From the IMG/VR virus record IMGVR_UViG_3300024283_000012: DNA of 64,000 bases; one strand, given 5' to 3'. Of the stretch, positions 58,073 to 64,000 are shown piece by piece; the stretch's first letter is position 1, and every line of letters begins with the position of its first letter. Source of the stretch: an uncultured virus (IMG/VR IMGVR_UViG_3300024283_000012) (Duplodnaviria; Heunggongvirae; Uroviricota; Caudoviricetes). The translations under genes were made by a program, and so were the position numbers. Below the pieces are notes generated by a model. That model was not told the DNA's origin. It was given only the letters and a program-made list of their open reading frames with translations, and did not search any database.

Positions 58073-58543
58073 ATGATTTATGCAGAAAATCAACCTTGTC
58101 CATCACGGAATTGTGATAGCTGGCTGAAGGTTCGTCGTCGACCTGCCGGATGGAAACCTGATCCTTCGTACAAGTATCAATATGCGGTGTGGTATGTTTG
58201 CAAGCACGGCCATACTCACTTCAACGATGTCGACAAACGATTCCCTGAGCATATTCGCGCCGAAAAAACTGAAAAGCGATTATTTAACCCTGACGAGATT
58301 ACTGTCGTTAAAGCCCCAAAGCCGTCTATAATTGCTGCGAAGTCAGAACAGAAGGTGCTTGGTCCTGCGCGAATGTCAGCAACCCAGGCCGCCCGTGCAA
58401 CCGCAGGCCGTCACCTGCTCACGAACCTGCTGCGCGCTCGCTACGTTGACCAGGGCGACGAGGATGTGACGGAGACTATGGGTAAGATCGAGAAGAGAAA
58501 GCAACGGAGTCTGAAGCGGAAGATGAAAAGGAAAACAGGATGA
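58073..58543 (+). CDS. Hypothetical basic Zn-binding protein
   Basis: CPSRNC...CKHGH. Confidence 0.55.
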   Translation: MIYAENQPCPSRNCDSWLKVRRRPAGWKPDPSYKYQYAVWYVCKHGHTHFNDVDKRFPEHIRAEKTEKRLFNPDEITVVKAPKPSIIAAKSEQKVLGPARMSATQAARATAGRHLLTNLLRARYVDQGDEDVTETMGKIEKRKQRSLKRKMKRKTG

Positions 58544-59544
58544 ACGTAGAACTAACGCCACAAGAGATCAAGCTAATCAGTGAGGCGCTTGCGGTATCTC
58601 ACCGGAGCATCGCCACGATGTTTGTTGATGGGGCCCGCAAGTCAATAGATCACGTTGAAAACAGGAAAGCCGAATTCAAAGCCCTGCGAATGAAGATCGA
58701 CAGCCTTGTGCTGCAAAACGCAATAGACGGCAAGCTGTAAGGAAAGGAAACGGGTGAGCGCGTGAAGATTCAGGCGCGAATTGTGCTAGATAAGCAATGG
58801 GGCAATAACAAAGTCACCTGCCCTTCGTGCTTGCGTTACGACGACGTGAAAATGAGCAGATATGTCAGTAGTTATACCACAAGGGCACGATACTGCCTGC
58901 GCCGCAGCTGGCTTTCGCGTAAACTCTGCGCGCTGCGCAACAAGATCACAGAAGACCATTGGCACGTTAAATGCGCATTTTGCCGTTACAAATATCTGAT
59001 GGGCAAGCCCGTTCCGCAAGAGCAGGTCGAGGAATTCACGATCAGCAAGCTCGAATCGTTATGGAAAGGCGGCCCGGAATGACCCCGACCCTCGCCCTCT
59101 CTGTCCACTCTGCGCCGCCCGACTGGTACGCAGCGCTACCACGGCCCAAAGCGTTCAATGCGTCGAACTCGCTTACTTGTCGCTGCGGTATGGTGATCGG
59201 ATACACCCTGGACGGTGTACAATATGGCGTGATTAGGGCGGAGTCTTTTGGGGATTGGTGGAAGGAAATGGAGAATTGTTTATGAAGATAATGGACAGGA
59301 CGATAAAGACTATCGGCGTCACGGTTGTCAATACCAGCAGCCGAATAGTTACATTTACGGCGAATAATGGCGCGGTCGGCGTTCATATTAAGCCGGGTGA
59401 GCAGTTTATCAGTGAGTCATCGCCGCAGAATCCAAATCCGTTCCGCGTTTTCCTTGCTGGGCGCGGCGGTAAATTCTCGGTGTCGAAAACCATTATTCCG
59501 GGATATTCGACGATGATTCAGATAGCCGACAGATTAAGGTAATT

Positions 59545-60078
59545 ATGACCGAACTTGAATCATATCGTCAGTGGATGCACCCGGCGCATAAGCATTTTGG
59601 CGCCAAGCCGCTGGCGGTCGATCGCGCAATCAATGAGGCGATTTATCGTGATGGCGGTACGGGTGGACGCGACAACCCTGACCACGTATTCAATCCTGAC
59701 GAATGGTGCCTCGATTGCAATCCATCGCGAGACGCCGAGCACGAACCCCTTACCGCAACAGTGCCGACGGAGTATTGGACGCCGAAACCTGTTATGTACT
59801 CCCGCTATTGCTCCACCTGCCATACGGTTTTCGATAGTTTTGACCCGTTTGACCGAGTGTACTGCGAGGGCTGTAAAGCACCAGAGCCGATGACGCTGGC
59901 GAGGGCGGTCGAGGTGCTGAATGAGCACAAGTGGGACGGTTGCACGAATTGGGTAGCCAGCGAGAATTCAATTAACGGCGCGTTCGCAATTCCAGCAGAC
60001 TCGGATAGCCCGCGCAAGGACATGGTCGAGCCGTTCGTCGCCATTGCAATCGCTGAAAAGCTCCTGCGTGAATCCTAA
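59545..60078 (+). CDS. Hypothetical protein with CxxC motifs
   Basis: 177 aa; TAATG coupled to terminase. Confidence 0.55.
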   Translation: MTELESYRQWMHPAHKHFGAKPLAVDRAINEAIYRDGGTGGRDNPDHVFNPDEWCLDCNPSRDAEHEPLTATVPTEYWTPKPVMYSRYCSTCHTVFDSFDPFDRVYCEGCKAPEPMTLARAVEVLNEHKWDGCTNWVASENSINGAFAIPADSDSPRKDMVEPFVAIAIAEKLLRES

Positions 60079-61976
60079 TGGACGAGTATCAGCAAAAACT
60101 GGAGCTGGCCCAAAAGATCAACCTGATGGCCGGGATTAAGAACGGCAAGGCTCGCTCTATTGAATCCTCCCTCATCGAGGCCGACTGGCGCGTGTGGCTC
60201 AAAACCGTCGGCCCGCATACGTTCACAAAAGAATTCTCGTTCTTCCACGCAGAGTTATGGCAGTGGTACTGGGCGATCACTCAGAAGCTGCGCCACAAAG
60301 AGCCGCTGACAGAGGACGATCTGGTGTTCTTCGCAATCTGGGCGCGGGGGTTCGGCAAGACATCAAACGCCGAATGGTGTGCGATCGCTGAGGGCGCGCT
60401 GATTGGCTCTGGCTATGTGCTCTATGTGAGCGGCACAGCGGTTCAGGCTGAAGGCCACGTCGCGTCGATTCGTTCCCGCCTGGAATCCGAAGAGATAACG
60501 AAATACTATCCCGCGCTATCGAATCCGAAGATAGGCGAGCACGGCAATCAGCACGGCTGGGGTAAGGAGTTCCTGAAGACTGACAGCGGCTGGTCGATAC
60601 GTCCGGTAGGCCTCGATCAGAACATCCGCGGCGTCAAAGAAGGCGACATGCGCCCGACGCTGATAATCCTCGACGATATTGACGATGTGAACGATTCCCC
60701 CCACGTTGTCGACCAGAAGATCAGGAAGATCACGGGATCAATTCTACCGACAGGGACGGCCTATACGCGCAAGATATTCGCTCAAAACCTGATTCATCGT
60801 AACAGCGTGCTAAACCTCGCGTTCACCCGTAAGCGGGATTTACTCCAGCGTCGAATCGTCAAAGGGCCGTACCCGGCATTTCAGGATCTGCAGATAGAGG
60901 TCGATTCAACGCCTGCTGGCCCTATTAACCGGATCACTGCCGGCCGCCCGACCTGGCCCGGTATTGATATGCAGGAAGTGCAACGATTCCTTGATGACTC
61001 CGGGCGGGATCTATTTCTCGCGGAGTATCAGCACGATTTCAGCGGCGTCGATCAGAAGCGCGTTATCCCTGAGTATGACGAGACGATTCACATCATTACG
61101 TGGTCGCAGTTCGAGAAAGTATTCGGCGTTCGTTATATCCCCGAGCACTGGCTGCGCGAAGTCGGTCACGATATTGGGTACACTAAAGAGCATCTTTCAA
61201 GCTGGTCGTTTGTGGCAACGAGCGCAAAGAATTCGCCGTTTCCTAACCTGAAGTTCCTTTATCGAGGGCTGAACTACTGCGAGCCATTGCTCGACGATAT
61301 GGCAGCCGATGTGATTCGAATACTTCAGCCTGACTATTCTGTGGGGCGTCGCTTTGACGAAAAGGAATGCATTACCCGCTGGAAAATGAGCCACGAGAAG
61401 AAGGGCGAGCGGATGACGTATCAGCAGAAATACAAGTTGCCGTTTACGCCCGTCGACTTCAGCAAATCCGACGGTATTTCGCAATGGCGCCATTATCTGC
61501 GATGTGATCACAAACTGAAGCATCCGTTTATGGACGACTATCAGGCCAGCGCTGACTCACCCTGGTCAATTGGCCGCCCGTCTCTCTACTACATTGTCGA
61601 TGACGACCAGGTCACGATGCCGCGTAATGACGCTGGCCTTGCCAATCACAGGCGCGAATTGCTGAACTGGGAGATGCGTCGGAGCGTTGAGACCGATACC
61701 GGATACAGCAAAGAACAGCCGGTAAAGGCGCGCGACGATGCGGCCGATTCCTTCAGGATGATCACAGCGTCTTGGGGACCTGGCGCGCTGGAACTAACCC
61801 CAGCCGAACAACAGGAGGTCGACCTGCCCGACCCGTACAAGATCGAGAACATCGCCAAGGCTTCCCCTCTCGCGCAGCAGCAGTTGTATATGGCGCGGAT
61901 GGCTGAAATACAGGCTCAGAAAGATAAAAAGGCACAGGCGCAAGGAGATTGGATCAAATCGCCTTCGTCGTGGTAG
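60078..61976 (+). CDS. terL: Terminase large subunit
   Basis: Walker A WARGFGKT, IRG..RPTLIILDDID, FLAEYQ, nuclease GHDIG and DDAADSFR. Confidence 0.9.
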   Translation: MDEYQQKLELAQKINLMAGIKNGKARSIESSLIEADWRVWLKTVGPHTFTKEFSFFHAELWQWYWAITQKLRHKEPLTEDDLVFFAIWARGFGKTSNAEWCAIAEGALIGSGYVLYVSGTAVQAEGHVASIRSRLESEEITKYYPALSNPKIGEHGNQHGWGKEFLKTDSGWSIRPVGLDQNIRGVKEGDMRPTLIILDDIDDVNDSPHVVDQKIRKITGSILPTGTAYTRKIFAQNLIHRNSVLNLAFTRKRDLLQRRIVKGPYPAFQDLQIEVDSTPAGPINRITAGRPTWPGIDMQEVQRFLDDSGRDLFLAEYQHDFSGVDQKRVIPEYDETIHIITWSQFEKVFGVRYIPEHWLREVGHDIGYTKEHLSSWSFVATSAKNSPFPNLKFLYRGLNYCEPLLDDMAADVIRILQPDYSVGRRFDEKECITRWKMSHEKKGERMTYQQKYKLPFTPVDFSKSDGISQWRHYLRCDHKLKHPFMDDYQASADSPWSIGRPSLYYIVDDDQVTMPRNDAGLANHRRELLNWEMRRSVETDTGYSKEQPVKARDDAADSFRMITASWGPGALELTPAEQQEVDLPDPYKIENIAKASPLAQQQLYMARMAEIQAQKDKKAQAQGDWIKSPSSW

Positions 61977-62693
61977 AATGACTATATGAGAAGAGGAATA
62001 AAAATAGATCAGCCGACGTATACCACGATTCGATCCTGTGACCATTGCCGGCGCGACATTGACGTGATTTTAGATGGAACAAAGTCAACACTGCCGACTT
62101 GCTATGCAGTAACAGTCGAGTCGGAGTTTTTCGACAGCGGCAAAATTCACAATGATTTCTGTTCGCTGAACTGCCTGATATTGTGGGCGAATGAGCAAGG
62201 AAAGACGAGTCCGGGACTGCTTGCAAATGCTTATCCGAGCTACTGGAAATTGGAGTCGAGATGACATTCCGCGACTACTACCGCGCCCTCGGCTTCTTCG
62301 CCTTCTTTGCATCGCGCAGAGAGGCATACGACCGTGAACAGCGGTTGTTAAATGAACTGGCCCGCAAGGATGAACTAATCGAATTCCACCGCCGCAAACT
62401 CACCGACGCTATGATGGTGACTGCGAATCGCAAGCCGGTGTACGATGTGCCTGAGACGAAGGTGGAAGAGTACAAAGACCCGGTTGTCGGGTATCAGAGG
62501 ATGCAATGAGCTATCAATTCAACCCGGATGGCGAGCACGCTAAAGACATACTTGCTCAGGTCGATCTGAAGCCCGGCGAATCGCAAGGCGTCTGCGAGAA
62601 GTGTGGTTACTGCCTTGAAAAGAACTCAGCGATTGCGCACAATAAATGCCCGTACTGTCGCGGGCGATTAGCGGTGCTGTCGGAGCCAAAGCA

Positions 62694-63158
62694 ATGAAAG
62701 GCGAGCCATTTACGCGGCTGGCCCGCGACCAAAGACGATTGGTTATTTTGGCGGGTGACGCGCTCGGCAACGTTCATTATTTCACTCAAGACTGGCTGGA
62801 AATGAGCGGCGTCAAAATGACTTTCCGCGACGCGACGCCCACAAGGGAAATAGAGTTATCATTCAAAGAAAAACGATTTACGACTCATTCCGATTTGGTA
62901 TGTAATGAAAATTCTCTACCGCCCAGCGCCTTACTGACCTGCTCGGAAGGGTCGCGGACCGTCGCCCTGATTCCGCTCCGATCTCACGATAAAAAAGAAG
63001 TGCTTTGTCTGGCTGGATTCGATAAGGCCACCGGGCAATGGTACGTAAATAGAGAGTCGGAGGCCATCAAATACGTTCTCGATCAGCGCGCGTTCGCCAC
63101 CGAGATATATACCGCAATGGACTGGCCCAGCGAATTACCATTAAATTTCAGGATGTGA
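62694..63158 (+). CDS. Hypothetical protein
   Basis: ATGA overlap with the previous small ORF. Confidence 0.5.
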   Translation: MKGEPFTRLARDQRRLVILAGDALGNVHYFTQDWLEMSGVKMTFRDATPTREIELSFKEKRFTTHSDLVCNENSLPPSALLTCSEGSRTVALIPLRSHDKKEVLCLAGFDKATGQWYVNRESEAIKYVLDQRAFATEIYTAMDWPSELPLNFRM

Positions 63159-63526
63159 GCGCTTTTGCTTATGATTACCGTCCAGTACTTCGCTGACGCG
63201 ATCGAACTCGCCCAAGTCCACAACGGCGATAACTGGACGCTGAATGTAGCGTGGGGCAGGCAGGTGTGCGATGGCTGAACTATTCGAAGATCTTCAAATA
63301 ACCACGAAAATTGAGGGCGACAAAACGACCTGTACGCTCAGCGCCCGAGTCAATCACCCCGGAATCAAAGCAGCGCTGGATTATTATATTCCCCGTGCCC
63401 GAGTGATTCACACAGACTACGGCGATATCTTCTACATCACTGACCCGCCTGTAAATTCTCCGCTTTCCTAATCTGACACATTGGTATATTCTCGGCGTGT
63501 CATCCCGATACACTGAGGTAAGGCCA

Positions 63527-64000
63527 ATGTCCACATATGCCCCAAGTAATCCGCAATCATTAATACCGCTGCCTGATAAGATCGTCGAAGAGTACGAGCG
63601 GGACCTAAAATCCGACGAGCAATACAACAAAGTTGACCTTGAAGACTGGTTTATGTCGGAGATTGACCGGGCTGAAGGCGCTGACAAGACCGCTGAGCTC
63701 GCCCTGCAATGGAAGCTGTTTCGCCTCGAATCGTTCTTTCATAACCGGCAGTTCTGGCAACGGAAGCTCAAAGCCGACGGGTCATACGACATTTTCTTCA
63801 ACTCGTGGGATGTTCAGACCACTGATGAAGGCAGAATGCGATATCTGACTAATAATCAGGTCCGCCGCGATGGCAATACCCTGATTGCACAGTGTGCATC
63901 GTCAAACCCGGCGTGGGTGTTTAGCGGTCGCTCTGAGGCTGACAGCGCGGAGTTGGCCGCGAGTTTTGCCAAAAAGATATGGGAATACCACCGCGATCGG
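63527..64000 (+). CDS. Probable portal protein (3'-truncated by the window edge)
   Basis: GAGGT RBS; open to the end: MSTYAPSNP...FFHNRQFW...LTNNQVRR...SSNP...AELAASFAKKIWEY; downstream of terL. Confidence 0.65.
   Translation, partial: MSTYAPSNPQSLIPLPDKIVEEYERDLKSDEQYNKVDLEDWFMSEIDRAEGADKTAELALQWKLFRLESFFHNRQFWQRKLKADGSYDIFFNSWDVQTTDEGRMRYLTNNQVRRDGNTLIAQCASSNPAWVFSGRSEADSAELAASFAKKIWEYHRDR

Noticed and set aside
1..64000. CRISPR array, DGR (RT/TR/VR), retron, tRNAs
   Set aside because: No regularly spaced identical repeats, no reverse transcriptase motif and no tRNA cloverleaf seen by eye
1..64000. Stop-codon reassignment (many genes end TAG-C)
   Set aside because: Long conserved genes are intact under the standard code and TAG stops are followed by new RBS/start signals

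Overview
The window is almost a whole tailed dsDNA phage genome, probably short-tailed (P22/podovirus-like organisation). It starts inside the major capsid gene and ends inside a probable portal gene, so probably only a few kb are missing. Order: virion and ejection genes (1-26.8 kb, including a 2335-aa polyvalent protein); a leftward block with an ExeA-like AAA+ ATPase and a repeat-containing winged-helix protein; early and regulatory genes around a divergent pair of ribbon-helix-helix repressors; a lambda-O-like replication module with iterons; three DNA methyltransferases; a membrane/lysis-like cluster with a Tad1-like protein and a membrane-anchored receiver protein; then small terminase, large terminase and portal. 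I recognised no integrase, DNA polymerase, tRNA, CRISPR array or clear endolysin. The most striking unexplained signal is a set of structured non-coding regions: about 750 nt between the terminase genes with complementary GUGCAG/CUGCAC loops, about 410 nt at 34.3 kb, a C4/CI-like antisense arrangement at 46 kb and a hairpin/pseudoknot cluster at 39 kb. Other highlights are a possible non-canonical plasmid maintenance module and two nested overlapping genes. All calls come from reading the sequence and from remembered motifs; no searches or folding programs were run.
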